Positions 17,373 through 27,940 of a stretch of 62,776 bases of DNA are shown here, one piece after another. The position numbers and the translations under genes were made by a program. The stretch comes from Candidatus Eiseniibacteriota bacterium (lineage in GTDB: Bacteria; Eisenbacteria; RBG-16-71-46), in assembly GCA_020849095.1 (NCBI GenBank), contig JADLGX010000320.1, positions 1 to 62,776 on the forward strand, given 5' to 3'. The notes below the pieces were generated by a model. The model saw only the letters and a list, made by a program, of their open reading frames with translations. It searched no databases and was not told the DNA's origin. Position 1 is the stretch's first letter, and every line of letters starts with the position of its first letter.

Positions 17373-19106
17373 CTACCCCCTCCCCAACGCCGCCGCGAAG
17401 TCGGAGCACGTCTCGAAGCGCTCCGAGGGAGCATCGCGAAGGGCCCGAGCGACCGCTGTATTCTGACGATTCGAAAGGCGCCCGAACTCACGCGGCTTGT
17501 AACGTCGTTTGAACACGAGCCCCTCCAGCATAGAGCAGAAAACGAGCGCGAGCGCGTACTGGTCCGTCTTCCGTTGCGCTTTCTCTCCGCGGAGCTGCTC
17601 CGGCGCCGCGTACGCCCGCGTGTACGCGACCGGAGCGGTGGCAAAGACCGTGGTGTTTCCGACCGTGTTCTTGCCGGTGCGTCCCTGGACCGCAATGCCG
17701 AAGTCGCCCAGGCGCACCTCCCAGGGGCTAGTGGTCGTCTTCACGAGCACGTTACCCGGTTTCACATCTTGGTGGAGAACGCCCTTCTTGTGCGCGTAGT
17801 CGAGACCGGCCGCCGCCTGACGAACGACCTCGATGGCGACGGCGAGCGCAAGCGAGTCGCCGCTTTCGATGATTCGTTCCAGCGATGTGCCGCCGTGGTC
17901 CATCACCAGGTACGTCCCGACGGTAGGATCGCAACCGTAGTCGATGTAGGTGCAGATGTTCTGGTGACGCAGGTCCCACGCGATGCCCATCTCCTCGCGG
18001 AGACGGGCCCGGGCTGGGTCCGACGAGGTCTTCAGCACGACCAACTTGCGCGGGTGCTCGAGCCGCATCGCTTCCCAGGCAACGCCGAAACCGCCTTCGC
18101 CGAGGCGACGGCGCAGCTCGTAGCGGCCGCTGACAATCCGCCTAGTTCTCTGGGAGGGCGGCAGCTCCGAGTCTTCGGTCTTGCGTCGCCTTTCCGGGGC
18201 GGGTGTCTTGCGCTCTTTTTCCTCCTCCTCCTCGCCCTCGGCCTCGCTGGTCGCTTCACCCACGAGTTCGGGTATCACGCGAGCCAACTTGGTGTTCCCG
18301 TTTGCTGCTTCCAGCCGGCGGACCACTTCTTTAGGCTCCACGTCGGCAACGTCGGCAACCCACCGTAGAAGTGACGGTGCGCGCATGGCGGTCGCGACCC
18401 TGAGCTCCGAGAGCATGGCGCGCGACGGTCCAAGCGCGCTGATCGGTTGCCCGGGCAGGAGGGTACTGAGCAGCGTCCTCCCGTTCGCCGCGCGAGCCTT
18501 GGCCGACAAGCTTCTGGCGGACAGGTCAACGCGACGAGCAAGCCAATTCAGAAGCGGCGGAGCGCGGCGGAGCGCTGCGGCAGGAATCGCACCCACGAGC
18601 TCGAAGACGGCAAAATCCCTCTCCGCATCCAGGAACCGCCGCTGGCTCCCGGGACGAACGGCATCATCGTGCTCTTCCTGTTCGTGGTCGCCGTTCTCGT
18701 CGTCCGCTTCCTCTAGCTCTTCCTGTTCATCGTCCTCGTCGTCGTTGTCGTCGTTGTCGTCGCTCTCGTCCTCCCCTTCCACGAGCTCTTGGAAGACGTT
18801 CGCAAGGAGGCTCTTGCCGTGCTCCTTGTTGAGTCGCGCTCGCACGGTGCGGAGTGAAAGGCCCGTTGCAGCGACAAGTTCCTGCTCGAGGTTCGCGTCG
18901 CGTGCGGCAGCTACAGTGATCCCCTCGAGCCTTGCGGAATCCTCGGGCCACTCATCCGAAAAGATGCGGCCTGCGAGCGTGTTGCCGTGAGCTCGAGTGA
19001 CGCGTGCCGTCACCTGGCGCGCCGAAAGCCCGGTGATTGCGACGAGCAGGCGCAGGTCGCGCTCGCCGAGCATGGAGACGCGGACGTCAGCGAGGCGCTC
19101 GGTCAT
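17373..19106 (-). CDS. Hanks-type Ser/Thr protein kinase with repeat-containing N-terminal region and acidic tract, 577 aa
   Basis: Kinase motifs LGEGGFG, VVLK, HQDVKPGNVL, GDFG and APE in the C-half. The N-half has four ~29-aa HTH/SAP-like repeats and a D/E-rich tract (nt 18663-18779). Confidence 0.85.
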   Translation of the reverse strand: MTERLADVRVSMLGERDLRLLVAITGLSARQVTARVTRAHGNTLAGRIFSDEWPEDSARLEGITVAAARDANLEQELVAATGLSLRTVRARLNKEHGKSLLANVFQELVEGEDESDDNDDNDDEDDEQEELEEADDENGDHEQEEHDDAVRPGSQRRFLDAERDFAVFELVGAIPAAALRRAPPLLNWLARRVDLSARSLSAKARAANGRTLLSTLLPGQPISALGPSRAMLSELRVATAMRAPSLLRWVADVADVEPKEVVRRLEAANGNTKLARVIPELVGEATSEAEGEEEEEKERKTPAPERRRKTEDSELPPSQRTRRIVSGRYELRRRLGEGGFGVAWEAMRLEHPRKLVVLKTSSDPARARLREEMGIAWDLRHQNICTYIDYGCDPTVGTYLVMDHGGTSLERIIESGDSLALAVAIEVVRQAAAGLDYAHKKGVLHQDVKPGNVLVKTTTSPWEVRLGDFGIAVQGRTGKNTVGNTTVFATAPVAYTRAYAAPEQLRGEKAQRKTDQYALALVFCSMLEGLVFKRRYKPREFGRLSNRQNTAVARALRDAPSERFETCSDFAAALGRG

Positions 19107-19171
19107 CGCGAAACTCTATCGCAGTGCGCGACGGTAGGGGGCGTGAAGCGCGGCCCCAAGGAGGTCCGGGG

Positions 19172-20065
19172 CTAACTGCACTTGGCAGCTCGGCCCGGTA
19201 CGGCATGGCGGTCGACGAGCTTGAATGTCGCGGTGCCCGCGTCAAAGTCAGATCGCACTCGGTGCCAGATGTCCGGGTCGAGGAGCGACACGTCGGTCTG
19301 CTGCCCCGGCGGCTTCTCGTCTAATCCCCCATCGACACGGACGCCGCCAAGGTCCGTCACGATGTAGCGAGCGTGAAATTGATCGCCGTCCGGAAGTTCG
19401 TTCCAGCGAAACAGCTCAACCTTGATTCCCCTCGGGATGAGTCGCGCAAGCTGGCTGTCGCACGAACTGCGGAAGAAGCGCTCGTCTGCCCTCGCGGTAA
19501 GGTGGACTTCGCATCGCCGCAGCCCACGTCCGTCCCGCGCGGCTTCGGTCAGAAGCGCCTCAAAGACCTTTCGGAAGCGCGGTGTCTCCGGGCCGAAATA
19601 CGGGTCGACCAGCTGAAGCTCGCGCGAGCACCTGAGGAGAGGCGACAAGAGCCCCGCAAGCGCGCGTCCCGTCTGGGCCACTCTGCACTCTCGAGCGACT
19701 CTCCAAGGTTCGGCGTCGGGGTCTAGGTCATCACGATTGACCACCTTGGGATGCGCTCTCGGGTTATCGAGGGCCACAATCGCCTTGAACAGCTCGGCCT
19801 CGCGCTCGGTTTCGACCAGCCAATCCCCCGCTGAGAAGTCGCGGGCTACGTCGCACACGGCCAGTGCTGTTGCCCTTCGGAGCCGATCCACAATGCGGAG
19901 CCTCTGCACAGGCTTCCAAGGCGCGGCCTCGAGGACGAGGTCCTGCCACTTCCTCGGACATCTTGCGATGAAGCGCCCAGTGCGGGGACCACACTGATCC
20001 ACGATTCGGCCGAAGTTGGCCTCATCTGCGATCGCAGATGGATCAACGGCAAAAACCTCGAACAT
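19172..20065 (-). CDS. Partner protein of the ATPase, 297 aa, with a C-terminal HxR(x)4D motif (PLD-like?)
   Basis: The ATG at 20063-20065 shares one nt with the ATPase stop (TGATG). C-terminal LVDPYF ... FHARYIVTDLGGVRVDGGLD resembles an HKD motif with K replaced by R. Confidence 0.6.
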   Translation of the reverse strand: MFEVFAVDPSAIADEANFGRIVDQCGPRTGRFIARCPRKWQDLVLEAAPWKPVQRLRIVDRLRRATALAVCDVARDFSAGDWLVETEREAELFKAIVALDNPRAHPKVVNRDDLDPDAEPWRVARECRVAQTGRALAGLLSPLLRCSRELQLVDPYFGPETPRFRKVFEALLTEAARDGRGLRRCEVHLTARADERFFRSSCDSQLARLIPRGIKVELFRWNELPDGDQFHARYIVTDLGGVRVDGGLDEKPPGQQTDVSLLDPDIWHRVRSDFDAGTATFKLVDRHAVPGRAAKCS

Positions 20066-21723
20066 CAAAAGAGCTCCCGCGACCGCTCCTCGAAGAAGCC
20101 TTTCGGCCATTGGTCAATGAACTCGCCCTGATCGTCTACACGGAGCTGATGCACGATCGTACCACCCAGGCCGCGCTCCAAATAGACGACGGCAAGCTGA
20201 GCTGGGCGCAGGCCGGGGTGGCCTTCAGGTAGCTCGCCTCCTGCGGTTTCGCGGATTCGCCGGAGAAGTCGGAGGATGAGGTGCTCGCTGTGGGTCTCAA
20301 CGATGAAGCGGTGCGCCTTGCCCGGTTGAATTCCTGCAACCAGGAGATCCGCAATGTCCGCCTGAAGGCGAGGGTGAACGTGGACCTCGGGCTGCTCGAT
20401 CGTGATGGTCTGCTCGTCTGATGCAAGCACTTGCACGACGAACGGCAGGAGCTGACTGATCCCGAAACCCACGTCCGGCAGTGCAACCGAGGTTGCGGCC
20501 GATCGCTTCTTGTCTTGAAGCCGCACTTCGAACAGATCATTGGAGCGACTACCCACCGGTTCGATGGCAATGCGATATCCAACATCAAGGCGAGTGAGCC
20601 AGTCGTTCGTCTCTTCGACCAGCTTCGGCCGACGAAAGAGAAGGTCCGGAAGCAGGTTCCCCGAGTAGCCAACATCAGGCGGCGTCGTCCCGGTGAAGAT
20701 GTACAGGCGCTGGGGAGCTTTCCTATAGGGCCCCAGCGGAAAGAGACGCTCGAGCGCCATCTCCAACGACACCCCCGCTTCCATCAATGTGTCCGCAGCT
20801 TCGATGAAGTGCGTCCGTAGCGGCAATCTGGATCGCCGGTGGTACGTCGCGGCGGTCCGCTCGGGGTATTCCCCCCCCGCATCTGGACTCACGGCAAACG
20901 GGATGAATCCGTCCAACGCGACAACTCCGCCGTGCGATGCGGATCGCCTCCGCGCTGCGTACGCGGCGAGGGAGAACTCAGAGTTGTAGAACCTGATCGC
21001 TGCGTCAACGGATTCGACCGTGAACTCCTCGTCCGGAAACAGCCGCCCTTGCCGATCCGGGTGTTGTCGCGCGATCTCTTCTCGCATCGCTGCGAGTGAC
21101 TCCAGAATCTCCGTGCGCAGTTGAAGGGTTCGACTGTATTCAGCCTCCCAGTAGTGGTCGTCGGCTACGACCTCCGTACACACGGCACCGCGCGGTCTTC
21201 CTGGGCCCTTCCTATCCCGTCGCATGCCGTACGGTCCAAAGGGTGAGAAACGGCGACTGTGCTGTAGCTGTGCACCGTGCAGATCCTGCGGTTCGAACTG
21301 GGCGACTGATTCAAGTCGTTGCCCATCAAAGACACGAAAGCCCGCTAGAGCGACGTCACCTGCCCCTTTTTGCCGGAACGATACCTCCAGACCAATGGCC
21401 CGCCCGGTCTCACCTTCGTCGCGTGTGCGGAGCATCCTTGACGAGCCTCGCAAGTCGAGCCGAAGAGACAATGTCCGCTCGGCATCGTGGTCGTACAAGA
21501 GCTCGTGAAAGCTCCCAAGATCCACCAACCCGCCCTCCGCGCGCGGCAGGAGCAGCGCTCCGTGTTCACGGCTGAAGCGTGTTTGCTTCAGAAGGTTGAG
21601 CGCATTCAAGATCGAGCTCTTCCCCGCGCTGTTCTCGCCGTAGATGAGGGTGATGGGAGCGAAGTCCAAGCGCACCCTGTTGCCGAAGGCCTTGAAGTTC
21701 TCCAGCTCAATTGCGTGAATCAT
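20065..21723 (-). CDS. AAA_15/ABC-type ATPase with DUF3696-like C-terminus, 552 aa
   Basis: N-terminus MIHAIELENFKAFG...GENSAGKSS (Walker A). Walker B/D-loop region ITIEQPEVHVHP, then ETHSEHL. C-terminal tail EFIDQWPKGFFEE. GGAGG lies 6 nt before the ATG at 21721-21723. Confidence 0.75.
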   Translation of the reverse strand: MIHAIELENFKAFGNRVRLDFAPITLIYGENSAGKSSILNALNLLKQTRFSREHGALLLPRAEGGLVDLGSFHELLYDHDAERTLSLRLDLRGSSRMLRTRDEGETGRAIGLEVSFRQKGAGDVALAGFRVFDGQRLESVAQFEPQDLHGAQLQHSRRFSPFGPYGMRRDRKGPGRPRGAVCTEVVADDHYWEAEYSRTLQLRTEILESLAAMREEIARQHPDRQGRLFPDEEFTVESVDAAIRFYNSEFSLAAYAARRRSASHGGVVALDGFIPFAVSPDAGGEYPERTAATYHRRSRLPLRTHFIEAADTLMEAGVSLEMALERLFPLGPYRKAPQRLYIFTGTTPPDVGYSGNLLPDLLFRRPKLVEETNDWLTRLDVGYRIAIEPVGSRSNDLFEVRLQDKKRSAATSVALPDVGFGISQLLPFVVQVLASDEQTITIEQPEVHVHPRLQADIADLLVAGIQPGKAHRFIVETHSEHLILRLLRRIRETAGGELPEGHPGLRPAQLAVVYLERGLGGTIVHQLRVDDQGEFIDQWPKGFFEERSRELF

Positions 21724-21799
21724 GGTTGACCTCCGAGCCTCCTGTGCAAGCGTCGGGCCATGCGAGACAAGCACCAGTCCGATCGATGTTTGGCGGTCG

Positions 21800-21838
21800 G
21801 ATGCCCTTCAAGTTCTCCAGCTCGATGCGTGTGATCAT
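21800..21838 (-). pseudogene. Vestigial 5' end of an AAA ATPase gene ([13 protein letters not shown]...) coupled to the hsdS stop
   Basis: The ATG overlaps the hsdS stop (ATGA). 39 nt are about 77% identical to the start of the functional ATPase gene 115 nt downstream. The frame then degenerates. Confidence 0.45.
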
Positions 21839-23013
21839 GCTCGTCCCAGTTCCCCGCGAAACGCCTGCTGCGTGAGAGCGTCGAACAAGTCGGCCGCGAT
21901 CCTGTCGTGCGCTCTCTGCGTGGCTTCCACCTTCGCGCAACGCCCAGCGACCGTTTCCAGCGTGCGCTGAAGCGCGAGCGGGGGAACCGGTAGCGCCAAC
22001 TCGCGAATTCCCGGGCCACTGAAGTTTTGCTGCGCCGATTGCCGCGAGCGGCGCGCGATGAACGCCTGGACACGTTCACTGGCGATCACCATCCGCGCAT
22101 AGCGCGGCAGCACGCGCTTCTTCAGTTGCAGGCGAATAAAGTAGGCGCCCGCGACACACTCGGGCGCCTCTTCCTCGACGAGTGCCGTCTTGCCGACTGT
22201 CGCCCCGGTTCTTGCGAAAATGATCTCGCCCGGCTTGAGCGCGTACCGGGCACGGTCCGCCTCGGACATCGAGAGGCGGGGCATCGATTCGAAGTCCAGC
22301 GCCCCCCCCGCGCTGAGGTCAGTGATGCGCACGATGCGCACTCCGTCACTCGAGTACTTCTCGTTGTAGAAGCGAGGTCCGTACTCCATTTTCTGCAGCT
22401 CGGCGCCGAACGTTGACACCGGCCACCCCTTCGGATTCGTCACCGGGTCCCCGAACATCTCCAAGAACGCCGACCGCAGCAGCTCCTCGGTGAGCGCGAT
22501 GGCGTGCTTCCGCTTGCGCCGAACCGCGTCGGCATTGTCGAGGATGTCGGCGATGCGGCGCTGCTCGGGAAGCGGGGGCAGCGGCAGCTCCAGTGCCTCG
22601 AGGTCACGAGGGCTCAGACGTGGAAGATTTGCGCCGGCGCACCTGAGCACGGCCTCTTCGACCGTCTTGGGGTGACGCAGGAAATGGAACAGGAATCCGC
22701 GGTCAACCCGCGGGCCAGGAAGTATCGGCACAATGTCCGTGCTGCAGATGCCGTAGAAATCCGGGCGCGCGGTCTTCTTCAGGTAGGGTCGCAACTTCCC
22801 AAACAGGATGTGCTTCGGCCCAAAGCGAAACTTGTTGCTGGCCAGCACGCCCGATACCACGGGCGACATCCCGACGAAGTTTCCGTCACTGTCGATATGC
22901 TCAAGCCCGACGTAGTTCGTCCCCGTCGCGATGTCTCCGGGCAGAACAGCGTCGCGCTCGATGCTCGCGACGTCGTCAACACGCACGCGCTGCCAGGCGG
23001 CGCCGGTCGTCAC
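21835..23013 (-). CDS. hsdS: Type I restriction-modification specificity subunit
   Basis: Two target-recognition halves separated by the conserved [24 protein letters not shown] spacer. ATGA overlap with hsdM. Confidence 0.85.
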   Translation of the reverse strand: MTTGAAWQRVRVDDVASIERDAVLPGDIATGTNYVGLEHIDSDGNFVGMSPVVSGVLASNKFRFGPKHILFGKLRPYLKKTARPDFYGICSTDIVPILPGPRVDRGFLFHFLRHPKTVEEAVLRCAGANLPRLSPRDLEALELPLPPLPEQRRIADILDNADAVRRKRKHAIALTEELLRSAFLEMFGDPVTNPKGWPVSTFGAELQKMEYGPRFYNEKYSSDGVRIVRITDLSAGGALDFESMPRLSMSEADRARYALKPGEIIFARTGATVGKTALVEEEAPECVAGAYFIRLQLKKRVLPRYARMVIASERVQAFIARRSRQSAQQNFSGPGIRELALPVPPLALQRTLETVAGRCAKVEATQRAHDRIAADLFDALTQQAFRGELGRA

Positions 23014-24512
23014 AACATCCCCTCCAGCGCCTTCAGGTCCTTCGCAATCTCCGCCTCCAGCGCCCGCAGCTTGCCGATGATCACCTTCGGCGACTCGTAC
23101 TTCACCTCTTCGTGCACTGTCTCCTTGTATCGGTTGATGGAGAGGTCGAAGTTCTTCTCCCGAATGTCAGCGACCGGCACCATGAAGTGCTTGGCCGTGC
23201 GGTCCGCGTCCTGCTTCGGGTTCCTTTTTCGCCAGCGCTCGAGCGCATCCGGCAGGTCGTTCTCCTTGACCGGGTCGCGCTTGTCGTCGAGCGAGAAACC
23301 GTCGGCGCCGACGTCGTGGAAGAAGACGTGATCCGTCTCGCCATTCTTCGTGAATACGAGGATGGCGGTCGACACGCCCGCGTACGGTCGGAACACGCCC
23401 GACGGGAGTGAGATGACAGCCTCGAGCTGGTTGTCGTCGACCAGCATCTTGCGGAGCGCGACGTGGGCTTTCGACGATCCGAAGAGAACGCCGTCAGGCA
23501 CGATGGTCGCGCTGCGGCCGCCCTTTTTAAGCATCCGCAGAATGAGCGCGACGAACAAGAGCTCCGTCTTCTTCGTCTTCACCTTCTGAGTGAGCGACGG
23601 GTGCACATCCTCGGCGTCGAGGCTCCCCTTGAACGGCGGGTTCGCCAGCACCACGTCGAAGCAGCCGCTGGCCTGCTTGGGGAAACGCTCCGGGAAGGAG
23701 TTCGAGAGCGTGTCCTGGTAGTGGATGTCGGGGTTGTCCACGCCATGGAGCATCAGGTTCATCGACGCGATACGGAGCATGGTGCTGTCGAAGTCGAAGC
23801 CATGGAACATGTCGTTCTGGATGTGGCTCCGGTGCTGCTCCAGCTTGTCGCCCGTGTAAACCCTCTCGCCGCTCTCGGCCTTGTAGGTACCCTTGGCGGA
23901 GCTGTGCTTCTCGAGCAAGTACAGCATTGTCCCAACAAGGAAGCCGGCCGTGCCGCACGCCGGATCGCCCACGGTCTCGGTCGGCTTCGGCTCGAGCATC
24001 TCGACCATGAAGCGGATGATGTGGCGTGGAGTCCGGAACTGTCCGTTGATGCCGGCCGTCGTCAGCTTGCTCAGCAAGTACTCGTAGAGGTCGCCCTTGG
24101 TGTCGCCCTCGGTGATGGGCAGGGCATCAATCCTGTTCACGGCGGAAACGAGCAGGCTCGGCCTCTGAATCATGAGCTGTGCGTCGGCCATGTACTCGCC
24201 GAAGGTCGTGCCGCCGTTGAGGCTGCGGAAGTGCGGGAACACCTTGTCGCGCACGATGCCGAGCATCTTCTCAGCCTTGAGGTGCCGGAAATGCGACCAG
24301 CGCAGATCCTGCTCCTTCGGGCCGAAGACGGGCTTGAACGGCTTCTTCGTCCGCGCGGCACGCGCCTCGTTGCGCGTCTCGGCGACGTCGAGCAAGCGCG
24401 CGAACATCAAGAACGAGATTTGCTCGATGACCGTCAGCGGATTGGTGATACCGCCGGTCCAGAACTCCTCCCAGAGCTTGTCGATGTCGTTCTTGAGCTT
24501 TCCAGTGATCAT
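23010..24512 (-). CDS. hsdM: Type I restriction-modification N6-adenine DNA methyltransferase
   Basis: HsdM-type N-terminus ([21 protein letters not shown]), AdoMet motif [10 protein letters not shown] and catalytic NPPF (VLANPPFKG). ATGA overlap with hsdR. Confidence 0.9.
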   Translation of the reverse strand: MITGKLKNDIDKLWEEFWTGGITNPLTVIEQISFLMFARLLDVAETRNEARAARTKKPFKPVFGPKEQDLRWSHFRHLKAEKMLGIVRDKVFPHFRSLNGGTTFGEYMADAQLMIQRPSLLVSAVNRIDALPITEGDTKGDLYEYLLSKLTTAGINGQFRTPRHIIRFMVEMLEPKPTETVGDPACGTAGFLVGTMLYLLEKHSSAKGTYKAESGERVYTGDKLEQHRSHIQNDMFHGFDFDSTMLRIASMNLMLHGVDNPDIHYQDTLSNSFPERFPKQASGCFDVVLANPPFKGSLDAEDVHPSLTQKVKTKKTELLFVALILRMLKKGGRSATIVPDGVLFGSSKAHVALRKMLVDDNQLEAVISLPSGVFRPYAGVSTAILVFTKNGETDHVFFHDVGADGFSLDDKRDPVKENDLPDALERWRKRNPKQDADRTAKHFMVPVADIREKNFDLSINRYKETVHEEVKYESPKVIIGKLRALEAEIAKDLKALEGML

Positions 24513-27500
24513 GCTTGCTTGCTCTCAGGGGGTGGGCTCGACGGGTCTGCCTTGCGCGGTTGGAACGCCTCGAGGATTCCGAGGAGCTCGTCGAGCTGAC
24601 CCTTCTCGGTGAACAGGCCATCGACACCGTTGGCGTGAAGGTCGGTGAAGGGAGGGTCGTAGAGGCGCTCGAGCTCGATGCCGCCGTTCTGTGCGATGTG
24701 ATTCTTCAGTAGCTGCAGAAACCTGAGCTGCTGGGCCGAAAGGTGCAGGTGCTTGTGGACGAAGCCAGTGAACGCGGCATCGACCGCTTCGGGATCGAGG
24801 CCCACGAGACCGCGAAGCGCGTCAGTCAGCGATTGCCTCGTCTCCGGCTGGATCAGGTGCTTGAGGTTCGCCTTGTCGTCGACCTGGAGCACCAGCTTCG
24901 CGAGTGCGTCCAGGTCCTCGTCCCGGACTGTCTTGCCGGCGCGAATGCGCTGGAGGGTGGGGTCATTCATGAAGTGCTCGCGCAGGACTCTTTCCACGCG
25001 ATGCCGGTACTCGATCAGATCCAGGCCATCGAGCGTGGGCGTGCGATCGTAGCTGTGCACCACTTGCTCTGCGACGTCGTACACCTTGGGTACGAGGCGA
25101 GAGGGATTCGTCTGCGCCTGGTACTTCATGATGCCGCGGAGCTCGGTTCGGATCTCTTCGAGCTTGGCGGCGGTCACGGTGGCCCAGAGCTCCTTGCTCT
25201 GGACCGCGCGAATGGCCTCGGCCTTCGCCTTGACCGGGTTCTGGTTCTTCATGAGCAGCGCGACCTCGGCTTCGACGGCAGCCTTCAGATCCGCCACCCT
25301 GGGCGACCCCTTGATCACCGCCTCCTCGAGGCGCGTCATGAGCAGATCGAACCGGTAGGCATCCTCGTCACCTCGGATGTTGCGCCACTGCATGAGCGGC
25401 GCGGCGATGGATAGCAAGTCTGCCTTGGTCGCTGCCGCGAACTGGGCGACGGTGTCCCGGTTGGACAGGAGCTCGAGCTCCCGCCGCCGGTCGCGCACGT
25501 CGATGCTCCTCGAGTCCATCGCGTCGCGGACGTCCCTGACCAGGAGGTCCACGGTTGACTGGAAGTCAGGCTCGCTCATGGCGTCGAGCGCCGCCTGAGC
25601 GACAGCCATGCGCGCTTCGAACAAGTGTTGAAGCAGGGACTTCTGGGGAGCCGGCTGCTTCTCCTGGTACTCCTCTTCGAAGAACCAGAAGTTCTTGCCG
25701 TGGTCGAAGATGAGGAACTCGGACTTGTCGTTGCCGGGACCAAACAGGTCTCGACATAGCCGGGTCCCGCGCCCAATCATCTGCCAGAACTTCGCCGGCG
25801 TCTTGACCGCCTTTGCGAAGACGAGGTTCACGACCTCGGGGACGTCGATGCCCGTGTCGAGCATGTCGACAGAGATGGCGATGACGGGCTCCGAGTCCTT
25901 GGTCTTGAAGTCGTCGATGAGCTGATCGGCCCGCGGTTCCTGGTGGTCGATGACTCGGCAGAAAGCGCCGCCGTACTGCGGGTACATCTCCGCGAAGAGC
26001 TCGGCGAGGTGGACTGCGTGCAAGTGACTCTTCGCGAAGACGATCGTCTTGCCGACGCGGCTGCCCGTGGCGTCGCGGATGCCCTCTTGCATCAAGCTCC
26101 GGAGGACGACACGGCTCGTGTCCTTGTTGAAGACATCGCGATCGAGTTGTGCGGGCGTGAATTCAACGCTGTCTGGCTGGTCTTCCTGCGCCTCCAGCTC
26201 CGTCTGCTGGTCCGCCGACATCTGCGAGTACCTGAACCCCTCCTCGCGGAACCGCGTCTGAAACTCGCGCACCCGGAACGGCACGAGGTACGGAGGAATC
26301 GAGCTCACCGCCTCCTCGTAGGTGAAGTTCGCTGTCGGGTCGTTGTGCTCGCACCCAAACAGCTTGAAGGTGTCTCGGTCGGCGTACCTGAGCGGCGTAG
26401 CCGTCAGGCCCACCTGGAACGCATCGAAGTACATCACCAGCTCGCGGTACTTCTTGTAGATGCTCCGGTGCGACTCGTCGAAGATGACTAGGTCGAAGAA
26501 CCCGACGTCGAACGTCTCGTAGCACTTCAGCATCGCTGGGTAAGTCGCGAGGTAGATGCGCTTGTCTCGGTCGGACGAGGTCGTGCTGTCGACTACCACT
26601 CGAGGCTCGTCCGGGAGGAACTCCTTGAAGACGTTGTTGGCTTGCTTGCGAAGCTCGCGCCGGTCGCAGAGGAAGAGAATGCGTTTGGCCCAACCCGCAC
26701 GCATGAGCAGATCGCAGAGCGACACGGCGACGCGAGTCTTGCCAGTGCCGGTTGCCTGGACCAGCAGCGCACGGCGAAACTTCTGCTCGAAGCGCTCGTT
26801 CACGCGCTTCATCGCCTCGAGCTGGTACATGCGCTCGGCGATGGTGATGTCCGGGGCCATGGTGGCCAGCGGTTTCTTGTTCTTTCGCTGGTGCAGGAGG
26901 TATTCGAGACTGTCTTTCGAGTAGAAGCCGTAGACCTTTCGCGGGGTGAACCCCTGCGAGTCGTCCCATACATAGATGTCGATGCCGTTGCTGTAGAAGA
27001 TGACCGGCCGCTGTCCGGTTTCTTTCTCGAGGCAAGTGGCGTAGATGCGTGCTTGTTCCTGACCGATGCGGGCGTCCTTGGCGGTCTTCTTCGCCTCGAC
27101 CACGGCCAACGGCTTGCCGTCATCGCCGTAGAGCACGTAGTCGGCATAACCTTCTCGCGACTCGGTGGGCATCGTCGAGAGCTGGATCTCTTGACCCACC
27201 TGATCGTTGCTCTTCCCGCCAGCGCCGACGTTCCAGCCCGCCTCGACCAGTGCTTGGTCGATGAGGCGGCGGCGCGTTGCCTCCTCGCTCAGATGGAGGA
27301 CGTTCGCCGCTTTCTGTCCCTCGCTGCGGAGCGCCTCGAGCTGTTCCTGGGTGTGTGCGACGAAATTCTCGGCCGCCTCGCGCTTCCGCCGTTCGTCTTC
27401 GAGGTCGGCGAGCACCTTCTGGAGTTGCGCGTCCTGCTGGGCCAGCTTCTCCAGGGCGTCCTTCTTCGCCTTCTGGAGCGCCGCGCTGTCGGTCGCTGCC

Positions 27501-27940
27501 GTCGCCGGAGGGTCTGAGTAAGCCGGGCACTGAGCGCGGTTGCCCTGATCGATGCGGAGGAAGACCCACTGCGCGATGTCGAAGGCGTCACGAAGCGCCT
27601 GGAGCGCGGCCTGCGCGCTCGGAGGGTCGTGGTGAGCAGCCTTGTTGCCTGCTTTGCGGATTGTGTGGAGCTTGCCGAGCACCACATCGGGGACGGCGGT
27701 CCGAAACGGCGTCTCGTTCAGGAGATCGAAGACGCTATCGGTGTACGGCCGTGGCAGTCGGTAGGTCTCGTAGATGATGGCGACGACGGTCTCCATGAAG
27801 GAGCGCAGCTTCACGAGCGCGCTTGCGGGGTCCGGACGCGCGTAGACCTCGGCGAACCCACCGAGGTCGGCGAGCTCGGGATGCCTCGGTCGCAGGAACT
27901 CGAAGTTCCTCGACTTCATCAGCGCGTCCTCGGGGAGCAT
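24509..27940 (-). CDS. hsdR: Type I restriction enzyme R subunit with N-terminal DUF4145/HEPN-like module and EcoEI-type C-terminal domain
   Basis: N-terminal NFEFL...[10 protein letters not shown], helicase motifs VQATGTGKT and DESH, long helical C-domain. The alternative start ATG 27919 (MKSRNFEFL) has a GAGGA 7 nt upstream. Confidence 0.85.
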   Translation of the reverse strand: MLPEDALMKSRNFEFLRPRHPELADLGGFAEVYARPDPASALVKLRSFMETVVAIIYETYRLPRPYTDSVFDLLNETPFRTAVPDVVLGKLHTIRKAGNKAAHHDPPSAQAALQALRDAFDIAQWVFLRIDQGNRAQCPAYSDPPATAATDSAALQKAKKDALEKLAQQDAQLQKVLADLEDERRKREAAENFVAHTQEQLEALRSEGQKAANVLHLSEEATRRRLIDQALVEAGWNVGAGGKSNDQVGQEIQLSTMPTESREGYADYVLYGDDGKPLAVVEAKKTAKDARIGQEQARIYATCLEKETGQRPVIFYSNGIDIYVWDDSQGFTPRKVYGFYSKDSLEYLLHQRKNKKPLATMAPDITIAERMYQLEAMKRVNERFEQKFRRALLVQATGTGKTRVAVSLCDLLMRAGWAKRILFLCDRRELRKQANNVFKEFLPDEPRVVVDSTTSSDRDKRIYLATYPAMLKCYETFDVGFFDLVIFDESHRSIYKKYRELVMYFDAFQVGLTATPLRYADRDTFKLFGCEHNDPTANFTYEEAVSSIPPYLVPFRVREFQTRFREEGFRYSQMSADQQTELEAQEDQPDSVEFTPAQLDRDVFNKDTSRVVLRSLMQEGIRDATGSRVGKTIVFAKSHLHAVHLAELFAEMYPQYGGAFCRVIDHQEPRADQLIDDFKTKDSEPVIAISVDMLDTGIDVPEVVNLVFAKAVKTPAKFWQMIGRGTRLCRDLFGPGNDKSEFLIFDHGKNFWFFEEEYQEKQPAPQKSLLQHLFEARMAVAQAALDAMSEPDFQSTVDLLVRDVRDAMDSRSIDVRDRRRELELLSNRDTVAQFAAATKADLLSIAAPLMQWRNIRGDEDAYRFDLLMTRLEEAVIKGSPRVADLKAAVEAEVALLMKNQNPVKAKAEAIRAVQSKELWATVTAAKLEEIRTELRGIMKYQAQTNPSRLVPKVYDVAEQVVHSYDRTPTLDGLDLIEYRHRVERVLREHFMNDPTLQRIRAGKTVRDEDLDALAKLVLQVDDKANLKHLIQPETRQSLTDALRGLVGLDPEAVDAAFTGFVHKHLHLSAQQLRFLQLLKNHIAQNGGIELERLYDPPFTDLHANGVDGLFTEKGQLDELLGILEAFQPRKADPSSPPPESKQA

